A stretch of DNA of 64,000 nt from a bacterium (GTDB lineage Bacteria; JAHJDO01), in the NCBI GenBank assembly GCA_043824255.1, contig JBDRTG010000005.1, positions 1 through 64,000 of the forward strand, in the 5' to 3' direction. Shown here one piece after another: positions 9,755-18,388 of the stretch (positions are counted from its first letter, which is position 1; every line of letters starts with the position of its first letter). Both the position numbers and the translations under genes were made by a program. Under the pieces are notes generated by a model that was not told the DNA's origin, did no database searches, and was given only the letters and a program-made list of their open reading frames with translations.

Positions 9755-10185
9755 TGCAGACAATTACTGTAAAAGAAGTAGAATATATTGCTTTTAGAGT
9801 GGCAAAAGAAATGATGTCGTTTAATGAACCAATACCTGATTTTTCCACACGTTTTCCTAATGCTTTAGAAAGTTGCCTGGCTACTCCATTTCAAAGTTTC
9901 TCAAAGAAGTCCTTTTATCCAACGCTTATATCAAAAGCAAGCATTCTTTTTTATCTCATGATTAAAAATCATCCATTCCAGAATGGAAATAAAAGAATTG
10001 CTATGACGACACTGTTTGTTTTTCTTCACAAAAATAAAAAATGGCTGAAGGTTGATACTCAAGAACTTTATAACTTTACTGTTTGGATAGCTTCCAGCCC
10101 ATCTAATGTCAAAGAAGAAACTGTAAAGGCAATAGAAACGTTCTTGACATTATATATGATTGATCCTACTAGATTAGGAACCTGA
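9754..10185 (+). CDS. Doc/Fic-family (death-on-curing) toxin
   Basis: Doc-type Fic motif HPFQNGNKR. Confidence 0.88.
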   Translation: MQTITVKEVEYIAFRVAKEMMSFNEPIPDFSTRFPNALESCLATPFQSFSKKSFYPTLISKASILFYLMIKNHPFQNGNKRIAMTTLFVFLHKNKKWLKVDTQELYNFTVWIASSPSNVKEETVKAIETFLTLYMIDPTRLGT

Positions 10186-10190
10186 GATTC

Positions 10191-12026
10191 TTACTTAACT
10201 TTCTTTCGAGATGAGGATGCTCTTCTGTGGCGTCTTCTATCGTTCTCTGTTAAATACTTCTTACGCAAGCGGATGTTCTTAGGAGTCACCTCCACATATT
10301 CATCATCAGCAATATATTCAAGAGCCTTTTCAAGCTCAACTTCTACCGGTGGAGTCAGGTTAATCGCATCATCAGCACCAGAAGCGCGAACATTTGTAAG
10401 GCTTTTACCCTTAACAGGATTGACCGCTAAATCAGTCCCCTGATTATGCTCTCCAATAATCATACCTTCGTACACCTCTGTTACCGGATGAATAAAGATA
10501 GGGCCACGCTCTTGAAGATTCCATAATGCATAAGCAGTCGCTGTTCCGGTCGCCCCCGAAATCAGTGATCCAACCGTACGCTTTTCAATCTTTCCGCAAT
10601 GAGGAGCAAAATGACTAAAAGCGTGATATAAAGTCCCCTCTCCTCTGGTTAAAGTAACAAAGGTTGAACGGAAGCCGAGCAGTCCTCGTGTCGGAATTTC
10701 AAATTCCATGATCGTATTACCAGTTTCATTCGACATATTTTTCATCATCCCTTTTCGAGAGGATAATATCTCAATGATTTTTCCAGCCATATTTTTTGGT
10801 ACATTCACTACTACCGACTCAATCGGCTCAGAAGAAACGCCATCAATTTCCTGTAACACTACCTGCGGTTGAGAAACCTGAAGCTCAAAACCTTCCCGAC
10901 GCATACTTTCAATTAAAACCGAAAGGTGCATTTCTCCACGACCATAAACCTTGAACGTATCCGTATTATTAGTCATTTCAACAGACAATCCAACATTGGT
11001 CTCCAGCTCTTTTAAAAGACGTTCCCGAATATTGCGGCTTGTTAATATTTTCCCCTCCCGCCCTGCAAAAGGAGAAGTATTAACCATGAAATCCATTGCA
11101 AGCGCAGGTGGATCAACCCGAATAGCAGGAAGCGGCTCAACATCAGGGTTATTTGTAATAGTTTCCCCTACATAAATATCTGAAATACCTGCAATGGCAA
11201 CAATGTCCCCAGCTTCTACCTCTGAAACCTCAACTTTCTTCAGCCCCTGAAATGTAAAAAGCTTAGTTAATCGTGCTGAACGACTTTCGCCATCAGAATT
11301 CAGTACAGTCACCATTTGACCTGATTTAACCTTACCCTCATAAACACGGCCAACCGCTATTCTGCCTAAAAAGTTATCGTAAGCCAGGGTGGCTGGCTGC
11401 ATTCTAAAATCTTTTTCGGTATCTGCCTTCGCAGCCGGAACATTCTCCAGAATAAAATCCAGAAGAGGAGTAATATCTTTATGTTCGTCCTTTAAATTTC
11501 GAATAGCAATTCCCTTACGGGCAATTGTATACATATAAGGAAAATCCATTTGTTTATCAGATGCTCCAAGGCTGCCAAATAAATCAAAGGTTAAATCAAC
11601 CACCCTATCCGGCCTTGCAGCGGGCCTATCGATTTTATTTATCACAACAAGAACAGGTAAACCAAGACCTAATGACTTAGAAAGAACAAACTTAGTCTGC
11701 GGCATAGGTCCCTCACAGGCATCCACCAAAAGAACGGTCGCATCCACTGTCCGCAAAACACGTTCTACTTCTGATCCAAAATCAGCATGACCTGGTGTGT
11801 CCACAATGTTAATCTTCGTCCCTTTATAATGAATTGCTGCATTTTTGGCATAAATCGTAATTCCACGCTCTCTTTCCTGATCATTACTGTCCATCACACG
11901 TTCACCAACTGTTTCATGAGCGTTAAACGCTCCTCCTGCCTTCAGTAAAAAATCTACCAAAGTTGTTTTTCCATGATCAACATGGGCGATAATAGCAATA
12001 TTTCGAATTTCCATTTTCTTATTCAT
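10191..12026 (-). CDS. typA: Translational GTPase TypA/BipA
   Basis: IRNIAIIAHVDHGKTT, ERERGITI, DTPGHADF, GRGEMHL, EVTPKNIRLRK; possible starts at 12035, 12026 or 12014. Confidence 0.96.
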   Translation of the reverse strand: MNKKMEIRNIAIIAHVDHGKTTLVDFLLKAGGAFNAHETVGERVMDSNDQERERGITIYAKNAAIHYKGTKINIVDTPGHADFGSEVERVLRTVDATVLLVDACEGPMPQTKFVLSKSLGLGLPVLVVINKIDRPAARPDRVVDLTFDLFGSLGASDKQMDFPYMYTIARKGIAIRNLKDEHKDITPLLDFILENVPAAKADTEKDFRMQPATLAYDNFLGRIAVGRVYEGKVKSGQMVTVLNSDGESRSARLTKLFTFQGLKKVEVSEVEAGDIVAIAGISDIYVGETITNNPDVEPLPAIRVDPPALAMDFMVNTSPFAGREGKILTSRNIRERLLKELETNVGLSVEMTNNTDTFKVYGRGEMHLSVLIESMRREGFELQVSQPQVVLQEIDGVSSEPIESVVVNVPKNMAGKIIEILSSRKGMMKNMSNETGNTIMEFEIPTRGLLGFRSTFVTLTRGEGTLYHAFSHFAPHCGKIEKRTVGSLISGATGTATAYALWNLQERGPIFIHPVTEVYEGMIIGEHNQGTDLAVNPVKGKSLTNVRASGADDAINLTPPVEVELEKALEYIADDEYVEVTPKNIRLRKKYLTENDRRRHRRASSSRKKVK

Positions 12027-12068
12027 TTGTTGCATGATAACTCAATTTTGCTATACTGCAAGTAGTTT
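12015..12068. repeat. Degenerate 54-bp direct repeat, copy 2 (typA 5' region)
   Basis: Matches 8520-8573 at 42/54, transitions only; abuts the MEIRN ATG at 12014. Confidence 0.7.
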
Positions 12069-12114
12069 TTATAATGCGTTAGACGAAAAACTAAATATTT
12101 AGGAGGGAAAAACT

Positions 12115-12894
12115 ATGAGAATTATTCGTTATTTATCAGTGACAGTATTTTTGGTCATAGTTATGAATGGATGTTTGCATTTTCAAAAAAACAGGGACGT
12201 TCTATTCCAAACATCAACGATTAATGTTCTTTTAGAAGGGGGCTACGATGGAGAGATGACCTATGAAAAGTTGAAGCATCGTGGTGACTTTGGAATAGGC
12301 ACTTTCAATGGCCTTGATGGAGAAATGATTGGATTGGAAGACAAATTCTATCAGGTAAAAGCAGATGGAAGAGCCTATCTTGTTGATGATTCAATGAAGA
12401 CACCATTTGCTGTGGTAACTTTCTTTGAACCTGATAAATCAGCATTGTTAGACAAGGCAGAGAATTATGGGCAATTGGAACAACATTTAGACAAATTGTT
12501 GCCAACGGAAAATATTTTTTATGCAGTTAAAATAGAGGGCGCTTTCAAGTATATCAAGACCAGAAGTGTCCCCAGGCAAAATAAACCATATCCTCTACTT
12601 GTTGAAGTGGTAAAAAACCAATCAACATTTGAGTTTAATAATGTTAAAGGTACAATAGTGGGTTTTTGGTGCCCCAGTTATGTGGAAGGAATAAATGTTC
12701 CAGGTTATCATCTCCATTTTATTACTGAAGATAGAAAGGCAGGAGGACACTTACTTGAGTGCCATCTGCAAAATGCAAGGATTGATGTCGATTATACTTC
12801 CGAGTTTTATATGGCACTGCTGAAAAGTGACGAGTTTTACAAGATGGATTTAACCGGAAAGAAACAAAAAGAATTGGAGAAGGTAGAAAGATAA
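12115..12894 (+). CDS. budA: Alpha-acetolactate decarboxylase with N-terminal signal/lipoprotein peptide
   Basis: FQTST, GDFGIGTFNGLDGEMI, TRSVP, GYHLHF, GGHLL. Confidence 0.9.
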   Translation: MRIIRYLSVTVFLVIVMNGCLHFQKNRDVLFQTSTINVLLEGGYDGEMTYEKLKHRGDFGIGTFNGLDGEMIGLEDKFYQVKADGRAYLVDDSMKTPFAVVTFFEPDKSALLDKAENYGQLEQHLDKLLPTENIFYAVKIEGAFKYIKTRSVPRQNKPYPLLVEVVKNQSTFEFNNVKGTIVGFWCPSYVEGINVPGYHLHFITEDRKAGGHLLECHLQNARIDVDYTSEFYMALLKSDEFYKMDLTGKKQKELEKVER

Positions 12895-12904
12895 TATTAA
12901 AAAA

Positions 12905-13138
12905 ATGAACAAAATGAAAGAGCTAAATATAAGAGTAATTCCAAATGCTAAGAAGAATAATGTTTCTGAAGAGCAGGGAAAACTTAAGGTACACATAAGC
13001 GCTCCAGCAATAGACGGCAAGGCAAATAAAGCTCTGATTAAAGTGTTAGCAGAACATTTTAAAATAAAGAAAAACTATATCAGAATAATCAAAGGTACAA
13101 AATCAAAAGAAAAGGTTGTTGAAATACCTTCTAGCTAA
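12905..13138 (+). CDS. DUF167/YggU family protein
   Basis: VIPNAK, APAIDGKANKAL, G.KSKEKVVEI. Confidence 0.88.
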   Translation: MNKMKELNIRVIPNAKKNNVSEEQGKLKVHISAPAIDGKANKALIKVLAEHFKIKKNYIRIIKGTKSKEKVVEIPSS

Positions 13139-13763
13139 TCGCTGCTATAAGCTCCTTTGCCGTATCAACTGCTGAGGCGGCGTCCGGAGCGTAGCCGTCT
13201 GCCTTAATCTCATCAGCATATCCCTGTGTAATAGGCGCTCCTCCAATCATTGTTTTAACATTAACTCCTGCGGATTTCAGAGTATCTATCACAGTCTTCA
13301 TTGAAGGCATTGTTGTTGTTAGTAGCGCTGACATAGCTATTACCTGTGCTCCACCCTTTGCAGCATCAATAAATTTTTGAGCATCGCAATCAACACCAAG
13401 GTCTTCCACATTGAACCCTGCTCCTTTAAGCATCATAGCTACCAGATTCTTGCCAATATCGTGAAGGTCGCCTTTAACAGTTCCTACTGCTATCTTACCA
13501 AGTGGCTTTACTCCAGCTTCTGCAAGCAGTGGTTCCAAAATAGTCATCCCTGCATGCATTGCTCTGGCAGCTATAAGAACCTCTGGAACATAGACCTCGT
13601 TCTTCTTAAATCTTGCCCCTATTATATTCATACCTGCAATGAGACCTTTAGTTAGAATTTCTTCAGGGCCAACACCTTCATCCACAGCCTTTTTAACCAA
13701 ATCTGAAACCGCTTGCGCCTGTCCTTTAATTAAGCTGTCTGCTATTGCCTGTAAATCCGCCAT
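13131..13763 (-). CDS. Corrinoid (cobalamin-binding) methyltransferase partner protein
   Basis: B12-binding motif GDLHDIGKN, SALLTTTM, MIGGAP; YVPEVL cap domain. Confidence 0.92.
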   Translation of the reverse strand: MADLQAIADSLIKGQAQAVSDLVKKAVDEGVGPEEILTKGLIAGMNIIGARFKKNEVYVPEVLIAARAMHAGMTILEPLLAEAGVKPLGKIAVGTVKGDLHDIGKNLVAMMLKGAGFNVEDLGVDCDAQKFIDAAKGGAQVIAMSALLTTTMPSMKTVIDTLKSAGVNVKTMIGGAPITQGYADEIKADGYAPDAASAVDTAKELIAAIS

Positions 13764-13803
13764 AACCAGTTCTCCTTTCAAAAGTTTTTATTGTATTTTA
13801 GGA

Positions 13804-13862
13804 ATTATACATATAACACTGATTAAGTCTCGACATATATTGCCTTTTTTAGGAATATATTG
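13804..13862 (-). promoter_or_regulatory. Putative activator-dependent promoter of the corrinoid gene
   Basis: TATAAT (13804-13809) with poor -35; tandem CAATATAT repeats 20 bp apart (13835-13842, 13855-13862), AraC-like spacing. Confidence 0.35.
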
Positions 13863-13867
13863 TTTTT

Positions 13868-14548
13868 TTACATCAGATTTCTCTTACGATAGACCATTGG
13901 GGTCATATGCTCATTCCTCTTGAATACCTTACTAAAATAACTCTGGTCTTCATATCCAACTTCCAGGGCAATTTCAATAATACTCATTTTATCATTCAGC
14001 AAGAGTCTCTTTGCCTCTTCAATCCTAACCTTAGTAAGATAGTCAACAACAGTCATACCCAGTTCTTTCTTAAAAAGATGACTTAGATAATAGTTATTAA
14101 CACACGCTGCCTTTGCTATCTTGCTTAATGTCAGATTCTTATTGTAATTAGTTCTCATGCATTTCATTGCGCGTTCTACAATCGCCATATTCTTTTTATT
14201 GCTTGATCTGGACACTTCCTCCATGAAGGAAGTGAACACCTTTATCATCCATTTATACAATGCTTCTTCTTCATTTATTTCAGATAATTCACCTATATAC
14301 GTATAATTAAGCCCCAATAACTTCTCCATATTAGCTCCAGCTTCAACCGCAGCTCTTGAAATTACAACAATAAGCTCCAGAATTCGTGCTTTACGCACAT
14401 CTCCTTTCCCTGAATTTGCAAAAAGTATCTCTCCAACCAGTTTATTAAGAATGGTTTTTGCTCCAGTTCTATCACCAAGTTTAATCCTGGCGACTAATTC
14501 CTTTTCCTTCTTCATAGGATAAAGAGGATTCATCCTTGCTTCTCCCAT
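13868..14548 (-). CDS. AraC-family transcriptional regulator (C-terminal half of PocR-like regulators)
   Basis: YLSHLFKKELG, IALEVGYEDQSYFSKVFKR...TP..YR. Confidence 0.88.
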   Translation of the reverse strand: MGEARMNPLYPMKKEKELVARIKLGDRTGAKTILNKLVGEILFANSGKGDVRKARILELIVVISRAAVEAGANMEKLLGLNYTYIGELSEINEEEALYKWMIKVFTSFMEEVSRSSNKKNMAIVERAMKCMRTNYNKNLTLSKIAKAACVNNYYLSHLFKKELGMTVVDYLTKVRIEEAKRLLLNDKMSIIEIALEVGYEDQSYFSKVFKRNEHMTPMVYRKRNLM

Positions 14549-14634
14549 TCAATTTAAAAAAAAGCTACTATACTATAACAAATTATTGCACAACTTGTTA
14601 TAATAACATATATTAATAAGTAGATAGTAGAGTT

Positions 14635-15966
14635 ATGAACATAATAAAAAGAATAACAAACTTTATTTTAAAGGATCTGTGGGAGAGAGAGCTCTCAGGC
14701 CTGTCCTATCTTAAAAAACGGGCATACAATATTCTAAAAATGGGATATATGGTTGCAAGAGGATTTATTACAGATAAATGTCAGTTAAGAGCTTTTGGAC
14801 TAACTTATGTAACACTCCTGACTATAATTCCTTTTTTAGCCTTTATCTTTTCTATATCAAAAGCTTTTGGCGCATTTGATGCAGTGAAAAGTATAGTGCT
14901 TGAGAAGGCTGCAGTAACACAAGAAATTGTAACAAAAATTATTGATCTTGCCAGTAAAACTAGTCTAAAAACTCTGGGTATAGTAGGACTCGGCTTTTTA
15001 ATATGGACACTAATTATTGTATTGGGAACCATTGAGAGATCCTTTAACGATATCTGGGGAATTAAAAAATCCAGAAATATATTCAGAAAATTTACTGACT
15101 ATCTGAGCGTAATTTTAATCTGTCCGATTCTCGCGCTTTGTACAACAGGCGTAAATGCCTTTCTATCAAATAGTAGTCTGGTCAACAAAATACTAGGTAT
15201 GGAATTCATCGGAGTTCTCATGCATCAACTGTTAAGAATGACTCCATATTTATCTATGTGGCTGCTGTTTACCTTTATCTACATGTTTATGCCTAATACA
15301 AAAGTGAAATTCCCATCTGCCTTAACAGCAGGGATTATTGGAGGAACTCTGTGGCAGTTTGCTCAATGGGGACACATTCACTTTCAGATAGGTGTTTCAA
15401 GGTATAGCGCAATCTATGGGACATTTGCCTCTATTCCGGTTTTTCTTATCTGGCTTTACATTAGCTGGCTGATAGTCCTATTTGGTGCAGAAATATCCTT
15501 TGCGCATCAAAATGTGAGAACATACACAAGAGAAGGAAAATCATTATCTATAAGTCCAAAATGCAAAGAACTTCTTGGACTAAGAATTATGATAAGTATA
15601 GCCAGTAACTTTTATAAAGCGAAACAACCACTAACAGCTGCTCAACTCTCCAAAAAGCTTGATGTATCAATAAGACTTGTAAATCAGATCCTTTTCCAGC
15701 TTGCGGAAGGCGGGTTGATTAACGAGGTTAGCGGCAGAGAGTCTTCATATCAACCCTCATTCTCTATAGAAGCAATTACCGCCGGAAAAGTTTTGGATGT
15801 ATTTAGGGAATATGGAGAAAACATACCTAAAATTACAGAGGATAACACTACTAGATATCTAAAAGATATTCTTTCTGATGCAAGGAAAGCTGAAATGGAG
15901 ACTCTTGATAAGTTAACTCTGAAAGATATTATAACCCGCCTACCCAGCAATGGGTTAGGAATTTAA
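14635..15966 (+). CDS. YihY/BrkB membrane protein with C-terminal Rrf2-like HTH
   Basis: LTYVTLL.IIP, IERSFNDIW, YSAIYGTFASIP.FLIWLY.SW..VLFGAE. Confidence 0.88.
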   Translation: MNIIKRITNFILKDLWERELSGLSYLKKRAYNILKMGYMVARGFITDKCQLRAFGLTYVTLLTIIPFLAFIFSISKAFGAFDAVKSIVLEKAAVTQEIVTKIIDLASKTSLKTLGIVGLGFLIWTLIIVLGTIERSFNDIWGIKKSRNIFRKFTDYLSVILICPILALCTTGVNAFLSNSSLVNKILGMEFIGVLMHQLLRMTPYLSMWLLFTFIYMFMPNTKVKFPSALTAGIIGGTLWQFAQWGHIHFQIGVSRYSAIYGTFASIPVFLIWLYISWLIVLFGAEISFAHQNVRTYTREGKSLSISPKCKELLGLRIMISIASNFYKAKQPLTAAQLSKKLDVSIRLVNQILFQLAEGGLINEVSGRESSYQPSFSIEAITAGKVLDVFREYGENIPKITEDNTTRYLKDILSDARKAEMETLDKLTLKDIITRLPSNGLGI

Positions 15967-16437
15967 TTTCTTCTTCAGATATTCTTCTACAACTTCTGGA
16001 ACAAATTTGGAGACATCTCCCTTCATAGATGCAATTTGCTTTATTATCTTGGAACTAACATAGGAAAAGGACTCATTTGGCATCATAAATATTGTCTCTA
16101 TTTCTAGAGATAGTTTTCGATTAATCAAAGCCATCTGAAATTCATACTCGAAATCAGAAAAGGCACGAATGCCTCTTAAAACAACATTTGTCCCTTTAAT
16201 GCGTACATAATCAACAAGAAGCCCTCCAAAATCATCAACTTCTACATTCTTCATATCTTTTGTGATTTCCCTTAACATGTCCACTCTTTCAGAAACTGTA
16301 AAAAGGGGATTTTTGTCAGGATTATGCGAAACTGCAACAATTAATTTATCAAATGTTTTAATACCTCTTTTGATAAGGTCAACGTGTCCGTGAGTTACGG
16401 GATCAAAAGTACCTGGATATACTGCTATTTTATTCAT
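15955..16437 (-). CDS. coaD: Pantetheine-phosphate adenylyltransferase
   Basis: YPGTFDPVTHGH, RGIR...DFEYE. Confidence 0.96.
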   Translation of the reverse strand: MNKIAVYPGTFDPVTHGHVDLIKRGIKTFDKLIVAVSHNPDKNPLFTVSERVDMLREITKDMKNVEVDDFGGLLVDYVRIKGTNVVLRGIRAFSDFEYEFQMALINRKLSLEIETIFMMPNESFSYVSSKIIKQIASMKGDVSKFVPEVVEEYLKKKLNS

Positions 16438-16441
16438 ATTT

Positions 16442-17158
16442 TTAACTTCCTCTCACCACACATTCCTCCACGTAAGGAGAAACTAGTTTCTGGATCTTAT
16501 GCAGTTTTTCTATTGGATAAGGTTTAATTTTCTTAAATTTTGGGTCTAATATCTCCCCTTGAGCTGAAAAATTCTGCATAGCATATTTTCTTGCCCCTTT
16601 GATAAATTCAGCTATTCTCAATATATCTTCTTCTTCATGTAAAGTTGGCGCTACAGTAGTCCTGAACTCATAATCAATATCAGATTCCATTATTAATCTA
16701 ATACTATCCTTAACCTTCTCCAAAATCAAGGGATTCTTGATACCAGTAGATTTGGAATATGACGTGAAATCCAGAGCCGCCTTTATATCCATAGCTATGT
16801 AATTCACTAATTTTCTCTTAATTACCTCTGCGAGCATATCAGGAAATCCCCCGTTAGTGTCAAGCTTCACCATCACATCAAGTTCTCGTATTTTCTGAAT
16901 AAATTTCGGCAAATCTTTATACATACATGGCTCGCCGCCCGTTAAACATATTCCATCAATCCATCTATTGTTTTTTAGCAAATACTCCTTAATTACTTTA
17001 AAAGAAATGGTTTCTAACTTCTGGGGATTGATAATAAGCCCTGCATTTTGACAGTAAGGACATCGAAAATTGCAGTGTGGCGTGTAAAGTGTGGAGACGA
17101 TTTTCCCATCCCAGTCAAGAAGCGAGGTTTGAATAAATCCCTTTATTACCAGATTCAT
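16442..17158 (-). CDS. Glycyl-radical activase, anaerobic RNR-activating (NrdG-like) radical SAM protein
   Basis: TSLLDW.G, CNFRCPYC, TGGEP, KLDTNG, MDIK, YEFRTT. Confidence 0.85.
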   Translation of the reverse strand: MNLVIKGFIQTSLLDWDGKIVSTLYTPHCNFRCPYCQNAGLIINPQKLETISFKVIKEYLLKNNRWIDGICLTGGEPCMYKDLPKFIQKIRELDVMVKLDTNGGFPDMLAEVIKRKLVNYIAMDIKAALDFTSYSKSTGIKNPLILEKVKDSIRLIMESDIDYEFRTTVAPTLHEEEDILRIAEFIKGARKYAMQNFSAQGEILDPKFKKIKPYPIEKLHKIQKLVSPYVEECVVRGS

Positions 17159-18078
17159 TTTCGAAAATATCTCTTCCCTTGATAGATTTTTGAGCTTATT
17201 TTTTTCTGCTTTTCCAAATCCTCTACATATTTTACAACTTCATTAATATGCAATCCTAAGGAGGAAGACATGTCTTTACACGTTACAGGACGACGACTGA
17301 TTAGAGTAAGAATTTCTTCTTCTACATCCTTGAGATATGCCTTATGTCTCTTTCTCGTAAACTTGGCGATAATCTCACACTTATTCCCAAAAAATTTCTT
17401 TATTTTGATAAGTCTTGAAGCACTTAATGTCTTTACCCATTCTTCAGATGGAGGCCGAACAGGAGTATTTAGCTGAATTTTATCAGGCTTAATTTTATCT
17501 ACTGCGACTTTTAAAGCATTTAGTTCAAACTCGGTATCATTTATGCCTTTAACAAGCATTATTTCAAGCCATATTTTCCCCTTATACACTTTACTAAAAT
17601 CAATCATTCCTCTGATTATCTTTTCTATTTTTAAAGATGCACAGGGCCTATTTACTTTTTCAAATACACCTTGTGTAGCTCCATCAAGAGAAGGCACCAC
17701 CAAATCTGCAAGCAACAGGTCTTTTTTTAATGCATCATCACTAAGCAATGTAGCATTAGTAAGAACTGCTACAGGGATAGCGGTCATCTTCTTTATTTCT
17801 CTTATAATTTCGCCTATCTTTGAGTTGAGAGTAGGCTCCCCACTGCCAGATAAGGTAATATAATCAATGGTTTTTGAACTTATTAATACTTTTTCTAATT
17901 CAGACAGGATCTTATCACAGGATACATATTCTTTTCTTGCAACTGTTTTGCATGTTGTCTTCCCAATCTGGCAATAGATACAATCAAGACTGCATACCTT
18001 GAAAGGAACCAGATCTACTCCCAGAGAAAATCCCAATCTTCTTGAAGGGACAGGTCCAAAAACAGAAGTATTAAACAT
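17155..18078 (-). CDS. Radical SAM protein of unknown function
   Basis: [27 protein letters not shown]. Confidence 0.85.
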   Translation of the reverse strand: MFNTSVFGPVPSRRLGFSLGVDLVPFKVCSLDCIYCQIGKTTCKTVARKEYVSCDKILSELEKVLISSKTIDYITLSGSGEPTLNSKIGEIIREIKKMTAIPVAVLTNATLLSDDALKKDLLLADLVVPSLDGATQGVFEKVNRPCASLKIEKIIRGMIDFSKVYKGKIWLEIMLVKGINDTEFELNALKVAVDKIKPDKIQLNTPVRPPSEEWVKTLSASRLIKIKKFFGNKCEIIAKFTRKRHKAYLKDVEEEILTLISRRPVTCKDMSSSLGLHINEVVKYVEDLEKQKKISSKIYQGKRYFRK

Positions 18079-18388
18079 AAGGCGTAATTTTAGAAACAAG
18101 TTCCGTCTTAGAAGCTACGCCTATAACCTTGTCCACTACAGCACCATCTTTAAAAATAGCTAAAGTAGGTATGCTCATGATGCCGTATTCTGAAGACGTT
18201 CCTGGAGCTTCATCAACATTTACTTTGCAGACTTTTAACTTACCATTATACTCTTCAGCTATCTCCTTAACTGCCGGAGCAACCATACGGCAGGGGCCGC
18301 ACCACTCTGCCCAAAAGTCCACAAGGACAGGAATATCTGATTCTAATACCTCCTGCCTAAAATTTGTGTCATTTACTTTGATTTCCAC
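18071..18388 (-). CDS. trxA: Thioredoxin
   Basis: WCGPC, SIPTL; GTG start with AGGAG RBS. Confidence 0.95.
   Translation of the reverse strand: MEIKVNDTNFRQEVLESDIPVLVDFWAEWCGPCRMVAPAVKEIAEEYNGKLKVCKVNVDEAPGTSSEYGIMSIPTLAIFKDGAVVDKVIGVASKTELVSKITPYV

Noticed and set aside
14596..14608. Palindrome TGTTAT-A-ATAACA between divergent genes
   Set aside because: Short and AT-rich; cannot be assigned to a regulator
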